Positions 1-8,741 of a stretch of DNA of 52,811 nt are shown here, piece after piece. The translations under genes were made by a program, and so were the position numbers. The stretch is from contig JAFCDI010000005.1 in assembly GCA_017609755.1 (NCBI GenBank), positions 1 to 52,811 of the forward strand, written 5' to 3'. Below the pieces are notes generated by a model that worked only from the letters and a program-made list of their open reading frames with translations, had not been told where the DNA came from and searched no databases. The first letter of the stretch is position 1, and every line of letters starts with the position of its first letter. The DNA comes from Candidatus Pacearchaeota archaeon (lineage in GTDB: Archaea; Nanobdellota; Nanobdellia; Pacearchaeales; GW2011-AR1).

Positions 1-1172
1 ATGTATTAACAATATCAATGGATAACTATGATTTAGAACTAATGTACTTTGATGATGCAACTGATACAACTCATTTAGGTGGAAGTTTGGATCATAATCT
101 AAGTCTTGCTATTGGAGGAAATACAACTACTATGTACTTCACAAATAATGCTACAGAAAAAAATGATACAGGTATTGAAGTTGTAGAAGGAGATAGATTT
201 TTAATAACAAATGCAATTGATAATGATGATATTGCAGATATTAAAACAGCTTATTATGAAGTAACTAACATTGACTTCACTGATGTAGATGATTTTGAAG
301 TAGAATTAGGAGACATAATTGGTGCAAATAATCTAGTTTTTGATGATTTAGATGATTTAGAAGAAATTGAAGGCGGAGACATCTCAATTCAGTTGTGGGG
401 TGTTGCTGATGGATATGCATACTTTAACTTTTCAGTGGCTTCTGGAACTATTAGTTATAATACTGCTGTTTCAGAAAAAGGATTGTTAATTACTCTTCCA
501 ACAAGTGTAACTATTACTGATACAAATGGAATTGCTCATGTTAATTTCACAGAAGCTGACAAAGATGATGATATTGGTGATGGTGATATGTGGGCTGCTG
601 CAATTAAGTTAACTAGCAATGATAAACTACATGTATCTAGTGATAATGTAACTAAAGAAGAAGTATCTTCTGATAATGATGTAGGATATGTTCTTTCTGA
701 TTTAGCCTCAAAAGTTGAATTAGATTCTTCTGGAGATGAGTATGATTATACAATAACTTATTATGGAGATGAAGTTACTGCAGATGTATGGGTTGCTTCA
801 GCTGATGCAGAAATTGTATCAGAGGGTGTTGCTCAAATAATGGTTGTGAAAGACACAGAAGTTAGTTCAGTTGCTGACAAGAATTTAATTGTTGTTGGTG
901 GAAGTTGTATTAACTCAGCTGCTGCTGCATTAGTAGGTGGTGCTTATTGTGGTACTGAATGGACTACTGCTACTGGTGTTGGTTCAGGACAATTCCTAAT
1001 CAAATCATATGCAAGTTCAAGTCTTACTAGTGAAATGGCATTATTAGTAGCTGGTTATGAGAAAGAAGATACTACAAATGCTGCAACATATCTAAGAAAC
1101 AAAGTTAATTTAGATACAAGTGCAACATACAAAGGTACTTCTGCAACAAGTGCTGATCTAGTTGTTAGTTAA
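1..1172 (+). CDS. Surface / S-layer-like protein, C-terminal portion (5' end lies outside the window)
   Basis: The frame of ORF 18..1172 has no stop back to nt 3, so the gene enters from upstream. Acidic and Thr/Asp-rich, with dense N-x-S/T sequons (NLS, NTT, NAT, NDT within about 30 residues). The C-terminal block NLIVVGGSCINSAAAALVGG resembles the VVGGP..N block I recall from methanococcal-type S-layer proteins. Confidence 0.45.
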   Translation, partial: VLTISMDNYDLELMYFDDATDTTHLGGSLDHNLSLAIGGNTTTMYFTNNATEKNDTGIEVVEGDRFLITNAIDNDDIADIKTAYYEVTNIDFTDVDDFEVELGDIIGANNLVFDDLDDLEEIEGGDISIQLWGVADGYAYFNFSVASGTISYNTAVSEKGLLITLPTSVTITDTNGIAHVNFTEADKDDDIGDGDMWAAAIKLTSNDKLHVSSDNVTKEEVSSDNDVGYVLSDLASKVELDSSGDEYDYTITYYGDEVTADVWVASADAEIVSEGVAQIMVVKDTEVSSVADKNLIVVGGSCINSAAAALVGGAYCGTEWTTATGVGSGQFLIKSYASSSLTSEMALLVAGYEKEDTTNAATYLRNKVNLDTSATYKGTSATSADLVVS

Positions 1173-1182
1173 ATCCAAATTT

Positions 1183-1216
1183 AATTTTTTATTTTTTTCT
1201 TTTTTTCTTTTTTTAT
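1183..1216 (+). terminator. Oligo-T tract terminator after the surface-protein gene
   Basis: The stretch attttttatttttttctttttttctttttttatt lies immediately after the stop codon. Archaeal RNAP terminates at oligo-T runs. Confidence 0.5.
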
Positions 1217-1263
1217 TGACTTAGTGGATACTTTAGAAACATATTAGGTGAATTAGTATAAAC

Positions 1264-1271
1264 TTTATAAA
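1264..1271 (+). promoter_or_regulatory. TATA box (TTTATAAA) for ORF 1295
   Basis: The palindromic octamer TTTATAAA starts 31 nt upstream of the ATG. The same octamer sits at the same spacing before many first-in-operon genes in this window. Confidence 0.5.
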
Positions 1272-1294
1272 TTAGTTTTGTTTATATTTTAATT

Positions 1295-1879
1295 ATGAAG
1301 CCTTTAAAATCAAAAAGCAAAGAAGCAAAAAAACAAAGAAAAAACTCAATAATAATTGGAATACTTTTAATTGTTGTTATGTTTGGAAGTGTTTTTGGAG
1401 TAATTGTTGGAAGTTTTGGAAAAGAGAGAGAAAACAATAAAATAGTTTATAATGGATTTGAATTTCTAAATACAGGTAATTACTGGTATTTAAATCTAGG
1501 AAATTATGATTTTATGTTTAAATATAATCCAGAACAATTTCCAGAATTTAAAATAGAAGAAATAAAAGAGAAATTAAAAACAGCAGAAAATTATGCTAGA
1601 AAACCTCTATATATTTCTTCTAAAAATATTGATGCTTCATATGAAATTGCTAGAAATTTGCAATCAATTGTCTTAAGAATGCAAAATGCTTGCTTAAATG
1701 AAAGTGATTGTGAAGGAAATCTTCCAATAAAAACTTGTGAAGATAATTTTATTATTATAGAGGAAAGTGAATTTCCTGAAATTGTCCAAGAGAATAACTG
1801 TGTATTTATTAGAGCTCCTCAAGAAAAATTAGTTCAAATGAGTGATGAATTTTTATTTCAAATTTTAGAAATAAGATAA
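1295..1879 (+). CDS. Hypothetical N-terminally membrane-anchored protein
   Basis: Basic N-terminus followed by one hydrophobic helix (IIIGILLIVVMFGSVFGVIVGSF). No recognisable catalytic motif. Confidence 0.5.
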   Translation: MKPLKSKSKEAKKQRKNSIIIGILLIVVMFGSVFGVIVGSFGKERENNKIVYNGFEFLNTGNYWYLNLGNYDFMFKYNPEQFPEFKIEEIKEKLKTAENYARKPLYISSKNIDASYEIARNLQSIVLRMQNACLNESDCEGNLPIKTCEDNFIIIEESEFPEIVQENNCVFIRAPQEKLVQMSDEFLFQILEIR

Positions 1880-1911
1880 ATCTTATAAACTTAAAAAAAG
1901 AAAAGATAAAT

Positions 1912-2640
1912 ATGGCAAAGAAAAAGAGTACAAAAAAAGAAGATAAAAAAGAAAAAAAAGAGGAAGTTAAAGAAATTATTACAATTAAAAAAAATGGAAA
2001 AGAGCAGACAAAAGAGTTCTCAGGAAAAACAGAAAAAAAACATGCTAGTAAAGAAGAAATTAAAAAACAAAAAAAGCAATTAAGAAGCATTTTTTTATTT
2101 CTGGGAATTTTTATTCTTATTTTTGCAATTGTCTGGTTAATTGGATATGGTTCAAGTCATTTTAAATATGAGACTTTAAAATTCACTAAAATAAAACAAG
2201 GACAACTCACTTTTTATCAAATTCCAATGATTACTCAATATCAGGGAAGTAAATTAACCACTGTTTTTTATTTAAGAACAAATCCAGAGAAATTAAAAGA
2301 GATTCCTTTTGAAGGAGAAATGAATCTTAGAAACAATATGATACTAAATGTTACAACAGAAAATCTTTATTGTGATGGAGACTGGCAAATAGCAATAGGT
2401 AATTTAATGAATTTAGATATATTTAATATACAAGTTTCAAAAAATGAAAATGCTTCTTGTGGAGGAAATTATATGTATGTTAATATTCATGAGGGAAATG
2501 AGAGCAAAATAGAACAATATGGAGAGTATTGTTATAACTTATATATAGCAAATTGTGAGGTTCTTCCAGTCACTGAAAAGTTTATGGTTGAGGCTTTTGT
2601 AGATTTAAAAGAAATAGCAGACAACTACTCATGGAATTAA
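1912..2640 (+). CDS. Hypothetical membrane-anchored protein with Lys/Glu-rich N-terminal tail
   Basis: About 60 aa of K/E-rich low complexity, then one TM helix (IFLFLGIFILIFAIVWLIGY), then a Cys-containing extracytoplasmic domain. Confidence 0.5.
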   Translation: MAKKKSTKKEDKKEKKEEVKEIITIKKNGKEQTKEFSGKTEKKHASKEEIKKQKKQLRSIFLFLGIFILIFAIVWLIGYGSSHFKYETLKFTKIKQGQLTFYQIPMITQYQGSKLTTVFYLRTNPEKLKEIPFEGEMNLRNNMILNVTTENLYCDGDWQIAIGNLMNLDIFNIQVSKNENASCGGNYMYVNIHEGNESKIEQYGEYCYNLYIANCEVLPVTEKFMVEAFVDLKEIADNYSWN

Positions 2641-3107
2641 AACTTCTTTATGCAATAATTCTAACAATTCTTCCAATAACTGAATTAAGAGTTGGACTTC
2701 CCATAGCAATTCTCTATGCAAAAGAAAATGGAATTCCTCTAATTATTATTTTTTTATTTATACTTTTAATAAATCTTATTTTAATTTTCCTTATTTTTCT
2801 TTTTTTAGACTTTCTTCATGAAAGACTAATGAATTTAAAATTCTACAAAAAATTCTTTAATTTCTACTTAAAAAGATTTCAAAAAAGAGTGGATAAATTT
2901 GAAAAAAGACATGAGGCTCTTGGATTTTTAGCACTAGTTATTTTTGTTGCAATTCCTCTTCCTGGAACAGGAGCCTGGTCTGGATGTCTAGTTTCTTGGA
3001 TATTAGGATTAGAAAGAAAAAAGAGTATTTTATTCATTTCAGTAGGAATAATAATTGCAGGATTACTTATTTTTCTTGGAACTCTTGGATTTCTTAGAGC
3101 TTTTTAA
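2631..3107 (+). CDS. Small multidrug-export-like membrane protein (COG2426 / Sm_multidrug_ex type)
   Basis: The N-terminal LPITELRVGLPIA and C-terminal PLPGTGAWSG motifs are as I recall for this family. Four TM segments. Confidence 0.5.
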   Translation: MELKLLYAIILTILPITELRVGLPIAILYAKENGIPLIIIFLFILLINLILIFLIFLFLDFLHERLMNLKFYKKFFNFYLKRFQKRVDKFEKRHEALGFLALVIFVAIPLPGTGAWSGCLVSWILGLERKKSILFISVGIIIAGLLIFLGTLGFLRAF

Positions 3108-3626
3108 TAAATTAAAAAGGAATTTCACATCTGTATAAAAAGGAATCTCTTTTAATTTATAATGTTTAACCATAATAAACCAAATTCCTGCTATAAAAAT
3201 AATATTTGAAAGATACCAAAATACTCTATGAGAGAAATCAAATAAATTAGAGCCTGAAATATATAATAAACTCAAAAAGAAAATTCTAAGAAGATTTACT
3301 ATTAAAAGAATTAAAAAAGATTCTCCAAGAATAGTTAATCTTTTTTTTATTTTTATATTTGGAATTGACAAATTTAGAATAAAAAGTAGATAATATGCAG
3401 AGCTAGCAACACAAGATTCTATAATCTCTATTGGAAAAATTCCATTAATTAATATTACAATTCCTGAAAGAGAGGTATTAAAAAACAAATCCAAAAGAAA
3501 ATAACTAGGATAAAGTGTTAAAGGAGTAAAAACAATAGAAAAGATTGCTAATCCTGATAAGCCTCCTAAAATCATTAAGAAATATCTAATAAAAATACTT
3601 CCTAATTTTTCCTCTAATTTATTCAT
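3063..3626 (-). CDS. Exosortase/archaeosortase-family transpeptidase (small, DPANN-type)
   Basis: Polytopic membrane protein with candidate catalytic residues in the family order: Cys (IEIIESCVASSAY), Asn-x-x-Arg (IVNLLRIFF) and His (FDFSHRVFWY). Confidence 0.55.
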   Translation of the reverse strand: MNKLEEKLGSIFIRYFLMILGGLSGLAIFSIVFTPLTLYPSYFLLDLFFNTSLSGIVILINGIFPIEIIESCVASSAYYLLFILNLSIPNIKIKKRLTILGESFLILLIVNLLRIFFLSLLYISGSNLFDFSHRVFWYLSNIIFIAGIWFIMVKHYKLKEIPFYTDVKFLFNLLKSSKKSKSSKKNK

Positions 3627-3675
3627 AAAATAATAGAGTAGAAATATATTTAAGTATTTTAAGGTTTTTAAATTA

Positions 3676-4293
3676 ATGAAAAAAAGAGAAATTTTTATAG
3701 GAATTCTAATAATTATTGCAATTATAGGTTCTTTTTTTATTGATAATCTTTTGTCTGAGTTTTTAGGAAATATTAGAAACTACTTTATTTTAGGAATTTT
3801 TGTGATTATAAATTATCTTAGTTCTGAATTAATTGTCTCTGTTTTTCTCACTTTGCTCTTTATATTTGAAAATAAAAAAAGAAAAAATTTAATTCCTCTT
3901 TGGATTACTCTTGCAAGTTCTGCTCTAATTAGTTTTTTATTAAAAATAATTATACAAAGAGAAAGGCCCTATCAATTAGGCTTAATTTCTACTTTAATAG
4001 CAAAAACAAGCCATACAATCTGGAATTTTTCCTTTCCATCATTTACTACTCTGCTTGCTTTTTCTGCTATTCCAATAATATCTAAAGAATATCCTAAACT
4101 AAAATATTTTTGGATAGGATTTGCTATTTTAATTGCAATATCAAGAATATATTTAGGAGTGCATTTTTTAAGTGATGTATTAGCAGGAGCAGCTATTGGA
4201 TATTTAATAGGTTATTTAATTATTAGAAAAGAGGATAAAAACAAATTTTGGGAAAAATTATATAAAAAAATTAAGAAAAAGCTCAGAGTATAA
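3676..4293 (+). CDS. PAP2-superfamily lipid phosphatase (variant C2 motif)
   Basis: C1 is KIIIQRERP (K-x6-RP) and C3 is SRIYLGVHFLSD (SR-x5-H-x3-D). The C2 motif PSGH is replaced by PSFT. Confidence 0.7.
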   Translation: MKKREIFIGILIIIAIIGSFFIDNLLSEFLGNIRNYFILGIFVIINYLSSELIVSVFLTLLFIFENKKRKNLIPLWITLASSALISFLLKIIIQRERPYQLGLISTLIAKTSHTIWNFSFPSFTTLLAFSAIPIISKEYPKLKYFWIGFAILIAISRIYLGVHFLSDVLAGAAIGYLIGYLIIRKEDKNKFWEKLYKKIKKKLRV

Positions 4294-4663
4294 TATCTGT
4301 TGATTTTGTTTTTTTCTTTTTTGGTTCAGAATAAAGAATTTCTTCATTTGCATTAATTCCATCACTCTTTTTATCATACAGAATCTCTACTATTTTATTA
4401 ATTCCTTTTTCTTGTTTATAAAAAAGATAATAAGTTGGTGCTTTTGGCATTACTAATTCTCCTAGAGAATCTTTTTTAAAAGCAGAAATTGTTGATAAAT
4501 CTGTAAGAGAGTCTCCATTTAAATCATAATCAAACTTAACTTTTATAGAAATTGGATTTAGATTTTCTTGTAAATTTCTAAATTCTAAATTAGATGAATT
4601 CTCCTGACAAAAAAGAGGAGTTGTTAAAAATGCTAAACTCAGAATTAAATTACTTTTTTTCAT
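4283..4663 (-). CDS. Small secreted hypothetical protein
   Basis: N-terminal signal-like sequence MKKSNLILSLAFLTTPLFCQ. Last gene of the surface-protein operon. Confidence 0.45.
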   Translation of the reverse strand: MKKSNLILSLAFLTTPLFCQENSSNLEFRNLQENLNPISIKVKFDYDLNGDSLTDLSTISAFKKDSLGELVMPKAPTYYLFYKQEKGINKIVEILYDKKSDGINANEEILYSEPKKKKTKSTDIIL

Positions 4664-4681
4664 TTAAAATATATAATAACT

Positions 4682-4927
4682 TTATAGAAAATTATCTTTA
4701 TAGATTTTATTTATTTCTCCATACATTTTTTTTATACTTGGAATTGTAAGAAATTTCTTTGCTTTGTTCTGATATTTTTTAACTTCATATTTTTCTTGCC
4801 ATTGCAAAATTCTAGAATCTACTTCATATTTTGCTACATTATCTAAACTTTTTGATAAATTTATAGAAACCTCAATTAATTCTTCTAATTCTTTATCTTC
4901 TAAACAATGCATTTTATTTTCTAGCAA
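4682..4927 (-). CDS. Hypothetical small coiled-coil-like protein (start may be the ATG at 4912)
   Basis: ORF lying between the surface protein gene and the secreted protein gene on the same strand. No motif recognised. Confidence 0.35.
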   Translation of the reverse strand: MLENKMHCLEDKELEELIEVSINLSKSLDNVAKYEVDSRILQWQEKYEVKKYQNKAKKFLTIPSIKKMYGEINKIYKDNFL

Positions 4928-6575
4928 GTCTTACTGCAAGAATAATTATAATCACTATTAAAATAACTGCAATTCCAATTATTAAAGCTGTGATTAAAGT
5001 GTTATCTTGAAAGATATCTCCAAGCAATGCTTTTTCAATATTTACTGAAAGAGGTTGAGCCATTACAAGCTCTCCTTCTGAAAGCACTTCAATATTAAAT
5101 AATCTCTCTCCTGAAACATCCCTATCTACATCTAAAGTTATTAAAACATCTCTAGATTGTCCTGGTTCTAAAGTTATTGTTCTTGGTTCAATATTAATTG
5201 AAGATGCCCATTCAGAATATCCAAATGCATTAACTAAGTAATTAGTTGTTTCTGCTCCTGTGTTTGTTATTGTTGTTCTAACAACCATTTCTCTTCCAGC
5301 CTTAGCTTCTGAATCTAAAGCAGCTCCAACAAAAGCTTGTGGAAAAGCACAGTTTTCTAATTTAAATAAAACCTGAAATTCAGCGTCTTCTTCAACATAA
5401 TCATTTTCAAAGATGTCTCCGTCCTCTTTAATTGTGAACTCTAAAGCATGCCAGATTTCTTCTTCACTTCCTTTTGGAATTGAAAATTCAAAACTTATTG
5501 ATTCATAATCAAAAGCATCTATATCTCCAATATCTAAAACTTCATCAATTCCAAAGTCAGCATTATATATTCTAACCTCAATATCTTCTTGATCAGAATC
5601 TCCAATATTCCAAATATCTGCTGTAAGTTGGTATGTTCCTTCGCAAGACAATAAATCATAATAAAATTCATCTTCTACTGAAATTCCTTCAATTTCAAAA
5701 TCATCTAAAATTAAAAAATCCTTCTCAATTATTACATCAATATTTTCATAAACACTTTGACAAACAGGATTGTCTAATTCTTCTCCAATTGCATTAGCCC
5801 AAACATAAAATACATAATCATCGCTATTTTCAAATTCTTCTGGATCATCTAATTTAAATTCAATTAAAATAGTTTCTTCTTCTCCATCTTTTAAGTCAAA
5901 ATCACTCTCTTCGTCATCAATTATCCATTCTTGAGTGTTTGTGTTGTAAAGTCCCCAGCTAATTTCAATATCTTCTAAATCAAAATCTCTGTCATTATTT
6001 TCAACTCTAATTTCAACTTCAATAGTATCTAAAGGAACCCATTCATTATCTTCTTCTCCAAATCCACTAACAATAGAAATGTCTTCAATTTCTAAATCCA
6101 TTAAATTTCCAGAATCTCCTATTCCTAGACATTCTGTGATTTCTGTTGGTCTTGATTTTTCAGTTACTGTAAGAGTAATAGGTAAATCGTCAATATCATG
6201 AGAATAAGTTAAGTCAGTTAGACTTAAAATTCCTGTATAAACGCCTGGTTGTTGTTGAATTGGAACATTTATTGTAATAGCCATATCAGAACTTGTTGTA
6301 TTTTGAGTTAAAGTAGTGATTGCTCCTGAAACTGAAGTAGCAGAATCAAAGCTATAAATTCCAGAAGTAAATGTAATAGGTGTATTAAATGTTATTCCTG
6401 TAAGGTCTTCATAGCCATTTTCTGAAATTTTAAATGAAAGAATTGCAGAATTTCCTTGTTCAATTGTTGGTGTAAATGCATTAGGTATAAAATCAACTGC
6501 AGCACTAGTAAATCCAATTAAAAATACTAATGCCAAAGCACTTAAAACCATTAAACTGAATATTTTTGATTTCAT
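4914..6575 (-). CDS. Acidic cell-surface protein with Sec signal, CARDB-like beta-sandwich repeats and a C-terminal TM+basic sorting-type tail
   Basis: Signal peptide MKSKIFSLMVLSALALVFLIGFTSA/A. Repeated blocks of the type VRTTITNTGAETTNY...ITLEPGQSRDVLITLDV. The C-terminus is ...GDIFQDNTLITALIIGIAVILIVIIIILAVRLARK. Confidence 0.6.
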   Translation of the reverse strand: MKSKIFSLMVLSALALVFLIGFTSAAVDFIPNAFTPTIEQGNSAILSFKISENGYEDLTGITFNTPITFTSGIYSFDSATSVSGAITTLTQNTTSSDMAITINVPIQQQPGVYTGILSLTDLTYSHDIDDLPITLTVTEKSRPTEITECLGIGDSGNLMDLEIEDISIVSGFGEEDNEWVPLDTIEVEIRVENNDRDFDLEDIEISWGLYNTNTQEWIIDDEESDFDLKDGEEETILIEFKLDDPEEFENSDDYVFYVWANAIGEELDNPVCQSVYENIDVIIEKDFLILDDFEIEGISVEDEFYYDLLSCEGTYQLTADIWNIGDSDQEDIEVRIYNADFGIDEVLDIGDIDAFDYESISFEFSIPKGSEEEIWHALEFTIKEDGDIFENDYVEEDAEFQVLFKLENCAFPQAFVGAALDSEAKAGREMVVRTTITNTGAETTNYLVNAFGYSEWASSINIEPRTITLEPGQSRDVLITLDVDRDVSGERLFNIEVLSEGELVMAQPLSVNIEKALLGDIFQDNTLITALIIGIAVILIVIIIILAVRLARK

Positions 6576-6602
6576 TTTGTAATCATTTGAGAGTTACATT
6601 TA

Positions 6603-6610
6603 TTTATAAA
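6603..6610 (-). promoter_or_regulatory. TATA box (TTTATAAA) for the surface-protein operon
   Basis: The octamer lies 28-35 nt upstream of the start at 6575 on the minus strand. Confidence 0.45.
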
Positions 6611-6658
6611 CTTTTCTATAATAGAAAATATATTCTCAAAGCAAAGCTTTTCAAAAAA

Positions 6659-6666
6659 TTTAAATA
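6659..6666 (+). promoter_or_regulatory. TATA-like box (TTTAAATA) for ORF 6686
   Basis: Lies 27 nt upstream of the ATG at 6686. Confidence 0.35.
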
Positions 6667-6685
6667 TCCTCGGAAACTTAATAGA

Positions 6686-7081
6686 ATGTCTAAAATGGCA
6701 ATGAAATCTAGAGAGAATTCAATTGGTGCATGGGCTTTTTTAATAGGAGTTATTTTAGCAATTGTCATTGGATTAGGAACTACTTTAATTCCTATTCCAG
6801 AATTAACAAGATTTAGTGCTCAGATTTATGGTGTTTTAGTTTTACTTGGATTAATAGTTGGTTCTATGAATGTTACTAGTAAAGATTCTCAAACATTTAT
6901 GATTGCTGGAACAGTATTGGTAGTTGTTAGTAGATTTGGAATGGAAAGTGTGACTGGCTCATTAATTGGAATTGGAATTGGAGATGCTGTTTCTTCAACT
7001 TTTGGAGCACTTTTAGCTTTGTTTGTGCCTGCAACAATTATTGTTGCATTAAAAGTAGTGTTTTCTATTGCAAAAGTGTGA
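6686..7081 (+). CDS. Hypothetical 4-TM membrane protein
   Basis: Internal ATG (MSKMAMKSRENSIGAWAFLIG...) chosen over the track start 6566. The upstream 40 codons overlap the divergent promoter and look non-coding. Confidence 0.5.
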   Translation: MSKMAMKSRENSIGAWAFLIGVILAIVIGLGTTLIPIPELTRFSAQIYGVLVLLGLIVGSMNVTSKDSQTFMIAGTVLVVVSRFGMESVTGSLIGIGIGDAVSSTFGALLALFVPATIIVALKVVFSIAKV

Positions 7082-7092
7082 AAACAACTCAA

Positions 7093-7111
7093 GCGGTTTC
7101 CGCGAAAAAAA
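7093..7111 (-). terminator. T7 run plus small GC hairpin between convergent genes
   Basis: On the minus strand a T7 run (7105-7111) follows the stop at 7113 by one base. The 4-bp GC hairpin gcgg-ttt-ccgc is adjacent. Confidence 0.3.
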
Positions 7112-7112
7112 C

Positions 7113-7721
7113 CTAAATCTTTATTTTGTTTATATTAATAACTGAAGAATCCATATCTAATCTTGGACAGGCTGTATTTATCCAAGAATTCAATCCAAAG
7201 TTTTCAAATTCCTTAATATTAATAGAGTTGCTAATAAACAAATAAGATTTCTTTTTTAATTTCTTTTTTAATTTCAAAGCTCGAAAAAGATTCTGCTGTC
7301 CAGGTTTTGTTGAAATTAAAATTCCTACTTTATCTGCATTTAAAAATTTCAAGTATGCTGTTTTATTTTTTCTTTTATAGTTTTCTACTTCTTTTTCTGA
7401 TATTTTTATTAGATTGTCTTTCTCTAATATATAAATAGGAAGATTTGTTTCATAAGCTAAAGCAGTTGCATGAAATCTTCCAGAGCCTATTAATAATACT
7501 GCTTGAGTGTTTTTTGTAAATTTAGGAGAACTACATCCTAAAATTTGAATTATCTGAAGAATGTTTTTTTCTTTTAATATTTTCTTTATTTCAAAAGCAA
7601 TTTTTTTATATTGAATAGAATAAGTAATAACTAAATTTTTTGGAAGTTTTAAAGAAAGCTTCTTTATTTTTTCTCTATTTATTTTTGCTCTTGAATAAGC
7701 AGGTATAAACATGATTTCCAT
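7113..7721 (-). CDS. dph2: Dph2-like (diphthamide synthesis radical-SAM enzyme), unusually short two-domain version
   Basis: Motifs QILGC (Cys63), IGSGRFHA and NTACPRLD as in archaeal Dph2. Only 202 aa, versus about 340 aa in the characterised archaeal enzyme. Confidence 0.55.
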   Translation of the reverse strand: MEIMFIPAYSRAKINREKIKKLSLKLPKNLVITYSIQYKKIAFEIKKILKEKNILQIIQILGCSSPKFTKNTQAVLLIGSGRFHATALAYETNLPIYILEKDNLIKISEKEVENYKRKNKTAYLKFLNADKVGILISTKPGQQNLFRALKLKKKLKKKSYLFISNSINIKEFENFGLNSWINTACPRLDMDSSVININKIKI

Positions 7722-7745
7722 TAAAAACTGAAAAATATAAAGATT

Positions 7746-7961
7746 TTAAATTTTTGGTTTATCTCGAATTTTTCTTTCTAAAACTCCATCTTTAAAAGCA
7801 ACTCTATTTTTTCCATTAGAGGAAATAGGAATAAGCTTATCATTAGAATTAATTTTTGCATAATATTTTCCTTTTCTTTTCTCAATTTTTCCAGAAATAG
7901 CTCCTCTTCCGTCTAAATTCATATAGACTTCTTTACCAATATATCTTCTTAATTGCACCAC
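7746..7961 (-). CDS. Small basic hypothetical protein
   Basis: 71 aa. IGKEVYMNLDGRGAISGKI is weakly Sm/KOW-like, which is not enough for a call. Confidence 0.35.
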   Translation of the reverse strand: MVQLRRYIGKEVYMNLDGRGAISGKIEKRKGKYYAKINSNDKLIPISSNGKNRVAFKDGVLERKIRDKPKI

Positions 7962-7969
7962 TTTTAAAA

Positions 7970-8365
7970 TTAGTATTCTTCAAATCTTCTCTCTTCTTTA
8001 GAAACTTTTTCAGGTTCTTTTTCAATTGTTGCAAAAGAAGGAGTCACAATAACAGTGTTCTCTCCAAAACCAGCAATATGTCCTTCAAGAGCATCTGTTG
8101 TTTTCTTTATCTTTGAAACTGCTCTTTTTAATTCGATTGGATCTTTTTGTCTTAAAAGTTTTATATCTATAATTGCAATAGTATAACCCTCTCTTAAAGA
8201 ATTAAGAACAGATGTAACATCTTCGTATTGTTTTAATGTAAAAAGTCTAACTTTAACTTTGTTTTCTTTTTCTTCTTGTTCTAAATCAATTTCTAAATAA
8301 TCTTGATTTATTGAATCTTCTTCTCCAGAAGTTGAGAAAGCTTTTTTGATTTTTTTAAAGACCAT
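7970..8365 (-). CDS. sepF: Cell division protein SepF (FtsZ membrane anchor)
   Basis: The C-terminal domain has the DUF552/SepF pattern: VRLFTLKQYEDVTSVLNSLREGYTIAIIDIKLL...DALEGHIAGFGENTVIVTP. An FtsZ gene is nearby. Confidence 0.7.
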   Translation of the reverse strand: MVFKKIKKAFSTSGEEDSINQDYLEIDLEQEEKENKVKVRLFTLKQYEDVTSVLNSLREGYTIAIIDIKLLRQKDPIELKRAVSKIKKTTDALEGHIAGFGENTVIVTPSFATIEKEPEKVSKEERRFEEY

Positions 8366-8386
8366 ATCAAATTTAACTGGATGAGA

Positions 8387-8394
8387 TTTATAAA
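8387..8394 (-). promoter_or_regulatory. TATA box (TTTATAAA) for sepF
   Basis: The octamer ends 29 nt upstream of the start at 8365. Confidence 0.45.
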
Positions 8395-8419
8395 GATTTC
8401 GTAAGTTTTTTGCAATAAT

Positions 8420-8740
8420 TTATTTTTTCTCTGGTTTTGATATTTCTTCTCTAAGTTTTTCTAATTTTTCTCTTAGAGATTTTTCTTGCTTTTCAATTGC
8501 ATTCACTCTTAAATTTAGAAGTTTTTTCTTGTTTTCTAATTCTTTTTTTGTTTCAGATTTGTCTGCTTTTATCATTAACTGTCCAACTATTTTAAAAATT
8601 TCATCTCCTGATTTTTCTACTTCTTTTAATGCAGAATTAGTTTCAGATAATTCCATTTGAAAAGCTTGTTTTTGAAACAGAAGATTTTGAAAATTTTGCT
8701 CTAAAAATTGCATTTCTTGAATTTTTTGATTATTTTCCAT
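8420..8740 (-). CDS. pfdB: Prefoldin beta subunit
   Basis: 106-aa two-helix coiled coil with a central beta hairpin (IFKIVGQLMIK). Canonical position after rpl37ae-rpoP. Confidence 0.8.
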   Translation of the reverse strand: MENNQKIQEMQFLEQNFQNLLFQKQAFQMELSETNSALKEVEKSGDEIFKIVGQLMIKADKSETKKELENKKKLLNLRVNAIEKQEKSLREKLEKLREEISKPEKK

Positions 8741-8741
8741 T

